This document shows positions 49,393 through 61,380 of a stretch of 64,000 bases of DNA, piece after piece. Under the pieces are notes generated by a model that saw only the letters and a program-made list of their open reading frames with translations, did no database searches and had not been told where the DNA came from. Location of the stretch: the NCBI GenBank assembly GCA_965235115.1, contig OZ249450.1, positions 12,896,001-12,960,000 of the forward strand, written 5' to 3'. A program made the position numbers and the translations under genes. The DNA comes from Laetmonice hystrix (Eukaryota). Positions within the stretch are counted from its first letter, which is position 1. Each line of letters opens with the position of its first letter.

Positions 49393-52300
49393 TCGCGTGA
49401 TGCGGTTCAGGGAGTTATAGCCATATGCTAGAATAGTCTATATGTCTAGACATATAGAGCTAAAATCCATATACTCTGCCCTAAATCTCGATATACCTCG
49501 TTTTCTCATTCAACCCCACGGCAAACCGTACATTCACCTCCTGCCACATATATAACCGAAACAATGGAAGCCACATTGTGATCGCTCACAGAGACGCTGT
49601 GTCTCCAGCATCTGTAAGGAGCAGGAGACCCTGTCCTCCAGTCAGACGGCCGTCCTGCCTCCCATCTCCTCCAGCATGTAGACGCTGACATACATGAAAT
49701 CAATAGATGGGGAGTAGCCGCTGCGTCTGGCCGGAATGGGCGGGAATAATAAAGCCATCAGAGTGGGACCACGGGGCTGGAGGGACCGCATCCCAATCCG
49801 CCTTGTGGTGGATGGCCACATTCACACCTGAGACAGCCTTGCCGGTCCTGGAATGCTAGCAACACTTCAGGCTTATCTCCGGATGGGCTGGATTATAGCG
49901 CAGTGATTCTCAGATAAACGGGAGGGATATGTATCTATCCAGCAGGATGATGTGGGATAAACACCTGTCGGATACAGGGGGTGGTGCAGTGTTCTATTTA
50001 TAAAAATGTGTTTTTTCTCAATGTATGTGAAGGATATGTTAATGTAACGGTACGCAGCAAATAAATACACCGTTACATGCATACACACTATCGCTGAGAA
50101 AGAAATTAAGGAGCAGAGAAGCTTTTGACAGTCAATCCCCTACTTGCAAAAACTATATAGGGAAGTCTTTGTTGTACCTCATTGCAGGGGATACATGTCA
50201 AGGCGACAGGAGCTTTTAACGGGGTTACAAGTACAAGTATGCTTATGCGCATCACTTTCTGTTATAAAGAGTGGCATATATTATGTACAAGTAGACGTAT
50301 GAGTTCATGATAGCAATCTGCGAGGAAATAATAACTCCCCTCCCCCATCCTGATCATTAACTTCTCAGTGCGCACTGCCGACGGAAAAGAAAAGAAAAAA
50401 ACCAACGATAATGGAAGTCCAAGAATGAAAAAGTATTGATGCAGAAAACTGAGAAGGAAGGACTTTCTTTATCGAGAAGGCTGCGCCGAACAGATTAGTG
50501 TATTGCAAAGGCTTCCTTACCATACTTAGCTTCCTGTGCCATTTGTCATATGCAAGGGTTGCACGGAATCCTTGCAGTCGGCTCCGAGGAGGGGGATCTG
50601 ATTCAAGGAATGTTGTATTGAAGGATGGTTTTCGTCATTTCTTCTGTCAGTGAATATACTCAAGGCCTCGCATAGGTCTAGGAACACTCATTGGCCAATG
50701 TTGCTGCAATTGTTCCGTACATGTTATTACGTTAAAGATGACGCAAACTCTGGAAACATAGGCACATGCACATAATATTTTGAGGAAGATGTTTACAAAC
50801 GAGTCCGATACAGCTCTCCTTATTACATTGTGGCCAACATGAGTTTAGAAGAATACATTTACAAATATTTACCTACCCATGCATGTCCCTCTTGGCCCCA
50901 GCAGCTGGTTATTAATAGATAGTTTCTGGATGTTGTTTAGTGGATCCCCTGTATGGCTGTAGATAATGGAATGTTGGTGGTTTTGGTAGGAAGTAGGTGG
51001 AAGGGTGAATGTTCATGTCATACGTCATTGAAGCCACATTAACGGAAACCATACCGCACTCCTCACACTGCCATACCGCGGCGCCATGTATATCACTGAG
51101 ACATCGTTTATTGGCTAGGGACGACGTAAAGCAGGATTTCATGCCCAATAAAGGACGGAGGACGACAAGGATTCTAGGAAATGGAAGGTGATTTGGGAAA
51201 TCCTTTTACGGTGTTAGTGTCAGTATTACGAGTCTTGGATGAGATTCGTAATGAGATGCCTCGCAAACTGAATAGCAAAGGCATCCATAACCATAACCTA
51301 ATGAAAATCTCTTCGGGAACTGAAACGTTAGGTTTTTCAAATAGACCCGACCAACGCTGGGGATTTGGATACAAGATGTGGGAGGCGTAACGTAAAGCTA
51401 TCCACTCTCCTCTTCCAACAAACAAATTGTGAGATTTTCAAAAGTTCTCAAGTGAAGAGGATCGATTTCTTTCTTCAAAGGAATCTTTAGATGGAAAATT
51501 AGGACACCAATATTCATCTAATGTATCTGGTTCTGACGCCCTATAAAATCAAGTCCTCACGATCAGTGACGTGTTGTCACAAATTGGCCGTAATGCGAGA
51601 ACCGAGTGAGGCCTTGGGGCGATAGATTCGGGCTCAGTGCCTCTAGTGTTAAGGCAAGAGGAGCTTTATAGCTTTTGCTGCAGTCAGATTTGCATACCCG
51701 AATGGCTGGCGGCTCTGTATTGTTTCTCGACCGCCATTCCTCCAGCACGTTTGTACCGAACCGTTTACTTGCTGCTACGCAACACAGACTTTAGGCATGC
51801 AGTTACCACGGCAGTCTGGCAACACCCATACCTTAGATTTTTGTTCTCTGTCTCGAATACCGATAGATTTAGCCGGAATGGCCATCCCCTGGTACCCATA
51901 GAGTCTGGAGACCGAGGATTTCCATTCGCTGTTGAAGCCAGCCCGTAATTAAAGGGCCTGGTACCGTTCTGTCGCCAAACGCCACTAGATCAGATGCCAA
52001 CGCATGGTCCTCCCGTGCTTAAACCGTGGAGGGGTAAAGTGGGGTATTATCGGGTAGCTGGTAGGCGGGTTCCAGTGTCATTGGGCGCCGCTGGCGTCAA
52101 GATAATGGTTGTATATTGTATCAAATGCGTATATTATTACAGGGATGACAGAGGTTACACGCACAATTAATACACTAATATTATAGCGTATCCTCTTCGT
52201 AACATTTCACCGTCACGAGAGTTAAGTGTTTCACAGTGCAAAACGTTTTATAATCATATTGGAGTTCCGTTCGTAAATTTCCTTTTTTTTAGCGGCAGCC

Positions 52301-52503
52301 GTTAGATGCGAGGTTTAACATCAGCTTAGCCCGAGACCAGTATGCTAACTTTATGACTTTAGCCTCACTTTAGTTGGCCATTAAGCGATAAAAGCGCTAT
52401 GATTGATGGCCTTTTGCAAGGTATGATAAATTTATTACCGAGTAATGTGAATCGTGTCTGACAGTCACAGCACTCCAATAGTCGCCCAATGACGCGGTCT
52501 TGC

Positions 52504-52517
52504 GCGCCACCTGGCGG
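52504..52517 (-). promoter_or_regulatory. CTCF-like motif CCGCCAGGTGGCGC
   Basis: Close match to the bilaterian CTCF core consensus. Similar sites at 27311-27324 (-) and 11155-11168 (+). Confidence 0.4.
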
Positions 52518-53091
52518 AAAATGCCGCCGGGTTGGAGAGCCCGGAGGTATGGAGCGGCCTATGCCGTGGGTGCCCAGGGGCGGAGATTTTTCTACTGACC
52601 GCCAAACACTGTTAATACGGCATGGTCATTAAATTCAAGTCACCGAACATGGTGTGTATCTGAACATTAGCTACACACTGTGACTCATATTTAACTCTAG
52701 GAATAAAAGAGCAAAGCAAGGTTACTTTTGGCGGGCGGGTCTGCATGATGGGAAAGACCTATAGCAGACCTCTTCTCTACTCAGTGAACAAGGTTCTCAT
52801 CGGAAAGTTGGCGATGGAGTGGCATATGTTTTACAGTACAATGGACAATTAGAAGATGGCAGACTATAAAAGGTGAAGTTCTGTATCGTGAAGACACATC
52901 ACAGGTACTGTGGAAGAATAACATAGGTACCGTTGAACTGCTGTAAACATTATTTCATTTCGAAGACTTTTTGAATATTGGTCTTTTTCATTAACTAACT
53001 TCGTGATTACTTAGCTCGCCCCGTTCGTGTCTGTTGAGGAGGAATTTCTTGTATGGTCTTGAAAAACAAACCGGTACAGAGTAGGATCTTG

Positions 53092-53947
53092 GTGGATCCC
53101 GGTACACAAAACGAGCTGGATGGATCCCGGTACACAAAACGAGCTGGGTGGATCCCGGTACACAAAACGAGATTGATGGATCCCGGTACACAAAACGAGC
53201 TTGATGGATCCCGGTACACAACACGAGCTTGATGGATCCCGGTACACAAAACGAGATTGATGGATCCCGGTACACAAAACGAGCTTCATGGATCCCGGTA
53301 CACAAAACGAGATTGATGGACCCCGGTACACAAAACGAGATTGATGGATCCCGGTACACAAAACGAGCTTCATGGATCCCGGTACACAAAACGAGATTGA
53401 TGGACCCCGGTACACAAAACGAGATTGATGGATCCCGGTACACAAAACGAGATTGATGGATCCCGGTACACAAAACGAGCTGGATGGATCCCGGTACACA
53501 AAACGAGATTGATGGACCCCGGTACACAAAACAAGATTGATGGACCCCGGTACACAAAACGAGATTGATGGATCCCGGTACACAAAACGAGCTGGATGGA
53601 TCCCGGTACCCAAAACGAGATTGATGGACCCCGGTACACAAAACAAGATTGATGGACCCCGGTACACAAAACGAGATTGATGGATCCCGGTACACAAAAC
53701 GAGCTTGATGGATCCCGGTACCCAAAACGAGATTGATAGATCCCGGTACACAAAACGAGCTGGATGGATCCCGGTACACAAAACGAGATTGATGGATCCC
53801 GGTACACAAAACGAGATTGATGGATCCCGGTACACAAAACGAGATTGATGGACCCCGGTACACAAAACGAGATTGATGGATCCCGGTACACAAAACGAGC
53901 TTGATGGATCCCGGTACCCAAAACGAGATTGATAGATCCCGGTACAC
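53092..53947. repeat. 28-bp minisatellite, ~30 copies
   Basis: Unit gatggatcccggtacacaaaacgagatt, with gagctt/gagctg/gagatt and ggaccc variants. Confidence 0.98.
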
Positions 53948-54173
53948 AGTAGGACCTCTGTGGTTCCCTGTTACACAGAATGGCCTTGTTGGAATCCTAT
54001 AGCTGAAGGGTATCGGTAATCGGTAATTGACCTCATACACGATTACAGCCGGGGCATTCTCACGGAACCCCAGTCACAGCTCCCCACAAACCCTAGTCCT
54101 ATACATTGTGTAGGGTGCCTACCCCTGCGTCCGACTGGACCAGTGGGGTACCACCGCCACACCTCATGCTACC

Positions 54174-54187
54174 GTCTCCATGGCAAC
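54174..54187. promoter_or_regulatory. RFX X-box
   Basis: GTCTCCATGGCAAC fits the GTNRCC-N(0-3)-RGYAAC-type X-box. Confidence 0.4.
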
Positions 54188-55066
54188 GACGACTGTTGTA
54201 TGCACATGGGCGTGACAGCCGTTTTATTTACAGACGCTGAGTTTGCCTGGAGGAGATTGGAAACCGAGGGGATCGACAGCCACGCTGGTCCCAGCTTACC
54301 GGACACCCCGCCCCCTCCCTGCCCACCTTCCAGGGATGATAGCACTGCCCCAAATATTTATCTCCACTAATTGCTTTGGGTCGTCCAGGAAGAAACACTG
54401 TTATATCTGGGGAGTTTTTCCTTGACTGACCGGCTACCACAAACCTAAGTATATCGTTAGGTATGGGCCAATATATAACATAGCAAGAAGAGGTCGGCGA
54501 TTGGCGCCAAAATACACGTAGTGTGAAATGTTGTCTGGCTTCACTCATGTCTACTTGAAATGCGAGAGGGAATCTTAATATAACAATATAACATTGTTCC
54601 AGGCCAGACTGACTCTCGAATACAGTGTTTGATCTCATTGATTGCACTAAATTAGTATAATTAGTTCTAATATTCCTACTTCGAACTATCTTTGTTTTTT
54701 ACAAGTGTAACTGAATGACCAGTGAGGGCAATAGCTGGAGTAAGATTTAACGAAATATATCGAGAAAGATTCCGGTGAACACGGAGTTCTCTATATCCCA
54801 GATGGTGTTTGTATTCCGGATGAGACGCCGTCAGAAAGCCAACCCCAGCCACTTTCGGCGTCGAGCGTGTATTGATGCCTTCTCTATGGAAGCGGAGGGA
54901 ATTGAGAGAGCCAAGTACCAGAGACTGTGTGATATGTGTGCGTACTGAGAGCAGATAATATCAGAGGTTGATGGTGCGTTACTAAATTATGGACGTCGAC
55001 CCGGTGTGACGTGTCCCCAGATGTCTCACTAAGAGGACTTCTCTCTGAAGGTATTCTATGACTCCG

Positions 55067-55380
55067 CTATGACTGTCGACCTTCTCTATGACTGTCTACC
55101 TTCTCTATGTCTGTCGATCTTCTCTATGACTGTCGACCTCTCCTATGAATGTCGACTGTCCCTATGACTGTCGGCCTCCCCTATGACTGTCGGCCGTCCC
55201 TATGACTGTCGGCCTCCCCTATGACTGTCGGCCTCCCCTATGACTGTCGGCCGTCCCTATGACTGTCGACCTTCCCTATGACTGTCGACGTCCCCTATGA
55301 CTGTCGACCTCCTATATGACTGTCGGCCTCCCCTGTGACTGTCGGCCGTCCCTATGACTGTCGACCTCCTCTATGACTGT
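55067..55380. repeat. 19-bp minisatellite, ~16 copies
   Basis: Unit ctatgactgtcg(a/g)cc(t/g)tccc. Confidence 0.92.
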
Positions 55381-56295
55381 GGCCCACCGACGATCGAGAG
55401 ATTGCATGGTCTGAGACGGTTTGTATATTATACCGGTCCGGCGTCACAGCGGGACCTTTGGGTCACTGTGGGAAACCACTTGAGAGTACAGTTTGGGATG
55501 AGGTAAGGATTAATGGTGAAGTCAGGGGCTTTAGAGACAGGAGAACATCGAGTCTAGCCCCATGGATTAATGATCACCGTGACATACACTGGCACCGGGC
55601 GATGCTTCGTTTGGTCTTTTCTTCGTTTGGGGGGGGGGGGGGGGGGCAAGGGGGGGGGGTGGTTAAGCCTGCACTGTGGATGAAGTCAGGATTTTCTTTA
55701 AGACGGCTCGTCAGGTCTTCACTCATATTACGGTCTATAGACCTCAATCGCGTGATGTAAAGCTCTCGTGTTTCTATAAATCAGCATCATTTGGTGATGA
55801 TAAATAGCTAACTCATGACATTATAGCGTGAAATGGCACGGCACTCCACCTGCTTTTTATGACTTGACATAAATTAGCACAAACCATAGCATGAACCCGT
55901 AGCTCACTGCTTCACTACATCAGCCGCTCGTATTTTGCCGTCAGCCATGATATAGTATAGTGTAATTTATAACGAATCGTCATTCTGGCTTCGTTCCAGG
56001 ACCAGGCACGCTATTCACACAAAACTAAGATAGCAAATGTAACCGTTTGGATCCGACCATTTTTCACAATATTAAAGAGGAAAAATCATTTATCTGACAT
56101 TTCTATCATCACGCGTGCTTGTCGATTTGACAAAAAGGCCGTTTGGGGACATGGTAATTGAACGCATCCTGCTGGCCAATGCCAAGAAATCCTCGGCTTC
56201 AAGTTGGTCGTTTCGATCGATTTCTTTTCAAGTAGCGCTTTGCCGAATGATGTACATCTCCGCCGATGTGCCTTTCAGATCAATGATAAACTCAC

Positions 56296-56317
56296 CAGGC
56301 AGAATGTTACCCGACAT
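56296..56317 (-). other. candidate first coding micro-exon (MSGNILP, phase 1) with NRF1/EWG-like promoter
   Basis: Minus strand aaaacATGTCGGGTAACATTCTGCCTG|GTGAGT. TGCGCATGCGC at 56359-56369 and a CCAAT near 56427 lie upstream. Confidence 0.35.
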
Positions 56318-57389
56318 GTTTTCACACAGGCTCGATATTTCAAGTGTCTGCTGGGATGTGCGCATGCGCTGCAACATCCGGGTATCCCAGAACCGAGTGA
56401 ATGTTTTCTGTTTTTTGTTCGATCATTGGTTGGTCAACGCTCCCTCGTCCAGACTCGATGTCAGATATTGAATCGAACTGTAAAAGTAACCATGGAAATC
56501 TTACTCTTTTAATGCTTTCTTCTTTTAATGGTTACACTGGGAATGGGACGGGGATCGATGGATGATTTTAGTGATTCAAGTCGGCCTCCAACGATATGGA
56601 AGATATGTCATAGAATGAGTGATGATCCGAGACGTTCAGCACGTATCCTAGCTGGGATGTTGACCCCCCTCCCCCCTCCCCCCTCCCCCCTCCCCCCTCC
56701 CCAATTGATTCGCCCATGTAATCTACATTTCCATGTACGATCCCTTGGCAGGAGAAATTCTACAGTATTCCGGTATATGTAGTTGATGTATAGGTTTCGA
56801 TGGCCACAAAAGTATTGCGTAACGTATTGATTTATAATATATTTTTACGGTTAATATTCAAGTCTAGCACGCTTCCCTATAAAGATGAGATGAAAAGGAC
56901 CTATTGTACTTTATCGGTAGATTGGATTGAGGTGGGATGGAAATATTAAAGAAGATTAATATCTCGTGTTGAAAGTAGAGGAAGTAAAAGTTACTGATGT
57001 CGCTGGTTGACAATGGCTTCCTTTGTCTGAGACTTGCGATAGATGCGTCTCCTTTTCTTATCTAATATTTTCAGACCCGCTCTTTTCTGTTCACAGTACT
57101 ACAGAACAGTATTGAGTGTGTCGTTTAGATCTGATCCAGTTCAAAGACAGATTAATGTGCGCAATAATATTGATCAAGAGCCATGATCGGGTTGGTCTCT
57201 CAGCTGAGATGTGAAGGTCATGACCTTTGCCCTAGATGAATGGAGAATGATATTACCCATGCATTGGGCTTCAGGGAGGTTTGAATAGATTAGATGACGT
57301 GACATCATTACATGGGTTGCAAGATACATTCTCCCGTTCGTCCAGTCTGAGTGCAAACGACATGGGAACTTATAATCGTCCGTCCGGTT

Positions 57390-57650
57390 TCCGAGAGCCA
57401 CGGGAACCGGAAGTGACTAGTGCTAGGTACCGGAACCGGTAGTAGGGGCTGCGTGGCAATATAGATCCGCCAGAACAGAAAGAGAAGATTTCTATGCAAG
57501 GCTCGTGTGGTTTACAAGGAAATACCGCAACCGGAAGTAAGGACTGCTAAGCAACCAGTAGCCACCATAAGTGTCGGTTGCTAAGTAGGCCTATTGGAAT
57601 CAAAAGAAGCGGTTGCTAGGCAACGGAAAGCCAGCAGAACTGGAAGTGCT
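57390..57650. promoter_or_regulatory. ETS plus RFX motif cluster
   Basis: ACCGGAAGTG (~57407), ACCGGAAGTA (~57530), ACTGGAAGTG (~57639). Full X-box GTTGCTAGGCAAC at 57612-57624. Half-sites ctaagcaac and ggttgctaag. Confidence 0.5.
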
Positions 57651-57712
57651 ATTGCACACCCAGTGCGAATGGGTTACAGGAATAACATCCATGTATTTTG
57701 AATATGCCTTAA

Positions 57713-58386
57713 AGCTACAACGTTTTTAAAACCTGTAGGCCTAATATCGACCCCCTGCCATATAAATCAGCTTAGTGTCACATGTAAAACTCAAATAAAT
57801 TGAAGTGAGACCAACCTATTGTAATGTGGGAACATTCAGCTGACATTCAGCTTGGCCATTTTGGATAACCGGGCAACAGGGGAATTCCCTGATGCGCGTC
57901 TGTCGAGCACCCAAGCTCGTTTTTCCCACGCTGAGTTTCAGCGCCTCTAAGATGACGCTGATCGGAGCGTGGGTTTTCAGGTCCCTCCGCCGATCCATTT
58001 CAGTGCCGACACGAGCACTGTCACGTCTTCTGTCCAACTCCTTTCTCAGCTTTTTAGCTGATTCTGTTGCATACATTGACTTCCGTCGCGTACAAACGGA
58101 GGAATATTTACAAAGCAAGCGTATGATGATGGTCAAATATGGTGGAGCGATACCAGAAGTTAGCGTGGGGTTCCCCAAGACCTGGGACTATTATGGGATG
58201 TTGTTCGACGTCATTTGCATCGCCCCTTTTGGAGAGCGGAGGCAAATTCAAACTTCTGCAATTACCATGTTATAACTTCGGTCCGAATCCTAGTTAACAA
58301 AGATCATCATACTGCAGTACTGCAGCAACAGCTTGTCTTCACATAAGTCAAAGCGTTTTATTTTCGAAGTTACGTACGATGTACCT
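57713..58386 (-). mobile_element. Kolobok-like non-autonomous DNA transposon (674 bp) with decayed coding remnant
   Basis: Flanked by TTAA (57709-12 and 58387-90), termini AG...CT, short TIR ag(c/g)taca(a/t)cgt. The internal minus-strand peptide AKKLRKELDRRRDSARVGTEMDRRRDLK resembles a basic helical module recalled from animal DNA-transposon ORFs. Confidence 0.5.
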
Positions 58387-58847
58387 TTAACCAGGCAAAC
58401 GTTGACGAAATAACTGTAGTTTTAAGAACAGAAGTATAGATTGTAGAGTCTAACCCTCTGATAGCATATGAAATGAGCACCGTTATCCAAACACCCACAC
58501 GGTTGGGAGTTTCGCATCAGATGAAGCGTGCTGCCTCTTTGCGACGTTAGACCTTTGATCAAAACGCTGGACCGGAAGTAGCCGGTAGCAGACGGGGGTA
58601 GCCGGGATGACAGACGGCACATCACGAGGCAAGGTTCCATTGAAAAATCGATTCTTACAACGTTTAAGGCGCTTTGACCTTGGGCTTGTACCTTTGTTTT
58701 AATAACCGCGGAGAGTGAGGCGCCGCTGGCAACACGAGCACAAAGGTTGTCGGTTGTGGGGTTATTGTGGCAAATTTGGTGGAAGACATGAGAAAACAGA
58801 CAGATGTGATGTCGTACCGAGGCTATCTGTGACGTCAGCGGAGAGAC

Positions 58848-58912
58848 GGAGGGAGGGGGAGGAGGGGAGAGAGGGCGGGGGGAAGATGGAGGAGAGAGGG
58901 AGAGAGGGAGGA

Positions 58913-58950
<38 letters not shown>
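58848..58950. repeat. polypurine tract with (GA)n microsatellite
   Basis: ggagggaggggga... followed by ~17 GA dinucleotides. Confidence 0.9.
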
Positions 58951-58954
<4 letters not shown>

Positions 58955-60244
58955 TAGCATGATAGCACGAGGATAACACGCATGCGCCGATGTTTTCTAT
59001 GCCCTTAACAGCCCAAGTAAGAATGACATCCCAAGTAAAAAGTACAATCTTGAAACCCAGTAAAAGGCAATACGGCAGAATGTATTTTGTACGGCAAAAG
59101 AAAAGCCAATCAGAAAATTCCCCTTGCTAAAGATAGACTATAGCCAATCCGCGCTGGCCCAGGGACTGGCTATGCCGTATACTAGGTCCGCCAGATGGAG
59201 GCAGCTAGCCGCAATGTTCGCATTGTTCTGTCGGCTGATGTCAAAGGCGTATAATTATGACACTTGCACTACATTTGTCAACTTAGGTCAGTTGAATGGT
59301 GTGGAATTATCTGTGCCCTGTTTGTGGTGGTAATCAGGTCAACATGATGCATCATGTGCAAGGTTAAGTGTGCTCTCCTAAACTGCCTATAAATTATCTC
59401 TCTCATTGCGTTACATGTCCAACAGAATCTGAGGGGCAATAACAACTTGACGGGAACCGTCATTTGAAGTGTGAGGCAATCCTGTAGTGCTACGAAGTCT
59501 GTATACATGTAATTATGACCTCCAACCGTACACTGATCTTTGATTTGTTAGAGAAAGCAACGATTTTTTTCTATGCAAGACAGGGACGGGAAATCTATAT
59601 ATGGAGCGAGGGACCGCTTCCAGTGGTACGCCACAGCGACATTGTAGACTAGAAATACTTATTACCAACATAATATCACTAAGTGCTTCTTTATTGACCT
59701 GGGCGAAATTTAGCAAATCCACTGTGATATTGACACTACTGTGATGTTCGTATCAGACTTCCTCCTTCTCCTTCGTCCTCCTCCCCTCTCCTGTTGCTGC
59801 TTCTCCTCCCCTCCCCCCCCCCCGCCCTACACGGCAGACACGCCCCCCTTCAGTACATCGCGTGATACCCACACGTTATGGGGATCCATGACCACGTCCT
59901 GGCCGGGGGGGGGGGGGTCGGGGGGCTGGGCTCCGCGTGACGCGGGTAATGGTGCCGGAGAGTCCCCCCGCCAAAGGTCGGTGTGCCCCTAGCGGCGGTC
60001 GGCAGCACTACTTGACCTGCACGGCCTGCACACAGGGCAGGCCCGGGGCAGGCCGTAATGAGGAGGGTCGGGCCATTGTGGTCGCAAATAACACGGAGCT
60101 TGTTAACCTCACAGGCCTTTCACAAACTGCAACTGGGAGCGGACTGCATTTGGATTGACCGCAATCTATGGGTGGTTGGTAAACTAGGATGATTCGAGGA
60201 AAGTAGGAAGTTCTGTGGGGCTGAGACATCTGTATAGTCGCATT

Positions 60245-60868
60245 ATAACGGATATCATAATCCACCAACTGCGTATAACTGGATATCATAATCCACCAAC
60301 TGCGTATAACTGGATATCATAATCCACCCACTCCGCATAACGCGATATCATAATCCACCAACTCCGCATAACGCGATATCATAATCCACCAACTCCGCAT
60401 AACGGGATATCATAATCCACCAACTCCGTATAACTGGATATCATAATCCACCCACTCCGCATAACGGGATATCATAATCCACCAACTCCGTATAACTGGA
60501 TATCATAATCCACCCACTCCGCATAACGGGATATCTTAATCCACCCACTCCGCATAATGTGATATCATAATCCACCCACTCCGCATAATGTGATATCATA
60601 ATCCACCCACTCCGCATAATGTGATATCATAATCCACCCACTCCGCATAACGGGATATCATAATCCCCCCTCCGCATAACGGGATATCATAATCCACCCC
60701 CTCCGCATAACGGGATATCATAATCCACCCCCTCCGCATAATGTGATATCATAATCCACCCACTCCGCATAATGTGATATCATAATCCACCCAGTCCGCA
60801 TAACGGGATATCATAATCCCCCCTCCGCATAACGGGATATCATAATCCACCCACTCCACATAACGGGA
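60245..60868. repeat. 31-bp minisatellite, ~20 copies
   Basis: Unit gatatcataatccacccactccgcataacgg; GATATC recurs at 60499 and 60530. Confidence 0.97.
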
Positions 60869-60896
60869 CATTTGTATGTTTATGCGTGCGTAGTGC

Positions 60897-61026
60897 GCCA
60901 TGCGATTTTTGATTTAATGGTGGAACTTCACTCTGAAATCTTTCCTGGCTGGCCTTCTCCGTTTCAGGAAATGGGCTCCATTCTTTAATCTCGAAATAAG
61001 GAAAATAGCCTTAGTGGATAGGGCCC
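60897..61026. mobile_element. MITE family A, third (truncated/internally deleted) copy
   Basis: gccatgcgattttt.gatttaatggtggaa..tcactctg...cctggctggcc...tttcaggaaa...tctttaatctc...ccttagtggatagggccc. Confidence 0.75.
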
Positions 61027-61380
61027 TTTACACCTACATAATCTGTACATATATATTCATTCATACAAAGTTTGTTGATATGTATTGAACAAATTCTGCT
61101 CTATGATAACCTGGCCATATAATATACCCTGGAGCGTTTGAGGCAAAAGTACCGTAAGGATATGTATGTCCATCAAGTAACCCTTCAAACATAGATCTAT
61201 ACAGCGTATTAACCTACATTTTACATGTCAAAGATTGGTCATGTCTCGTTACGGTCTAGACTTGTCATATGCCGTTCTCAGTGGATGATTAAGCACGTAG
61301 AAGAATCAGGTTTATAGTGTCAGGAAATAAACGAGTTGTTTCTATAAACTTGTTTGTTTTGTGCTGCAGATGCTGGGGTG

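Noticed and set aside
48941-49420. 159-aa ORF with an internal repeat
   Set aside because: The repeat is a DNA-level 84/87-bp duplication and the rest has no recognisable domain.
51860-51948. GDRGFP resembling a Harbinger/ISL2EU DDE motif
   Set aside because: Only six residues, with no other catalytic motifs or TIRs.
52991-54040. 349-aa and 284-aa minus-strand ORFs
   Set aside because: Products of the stop-free 28-bp array; several frames are open at once.
19659-60868. CRISPR interpretation of the many 25-64-bp repeat arrays
   Set aside because: Units are head-to-tail with no unique spacers, there are no cas genes, and the context is eukaryotic.
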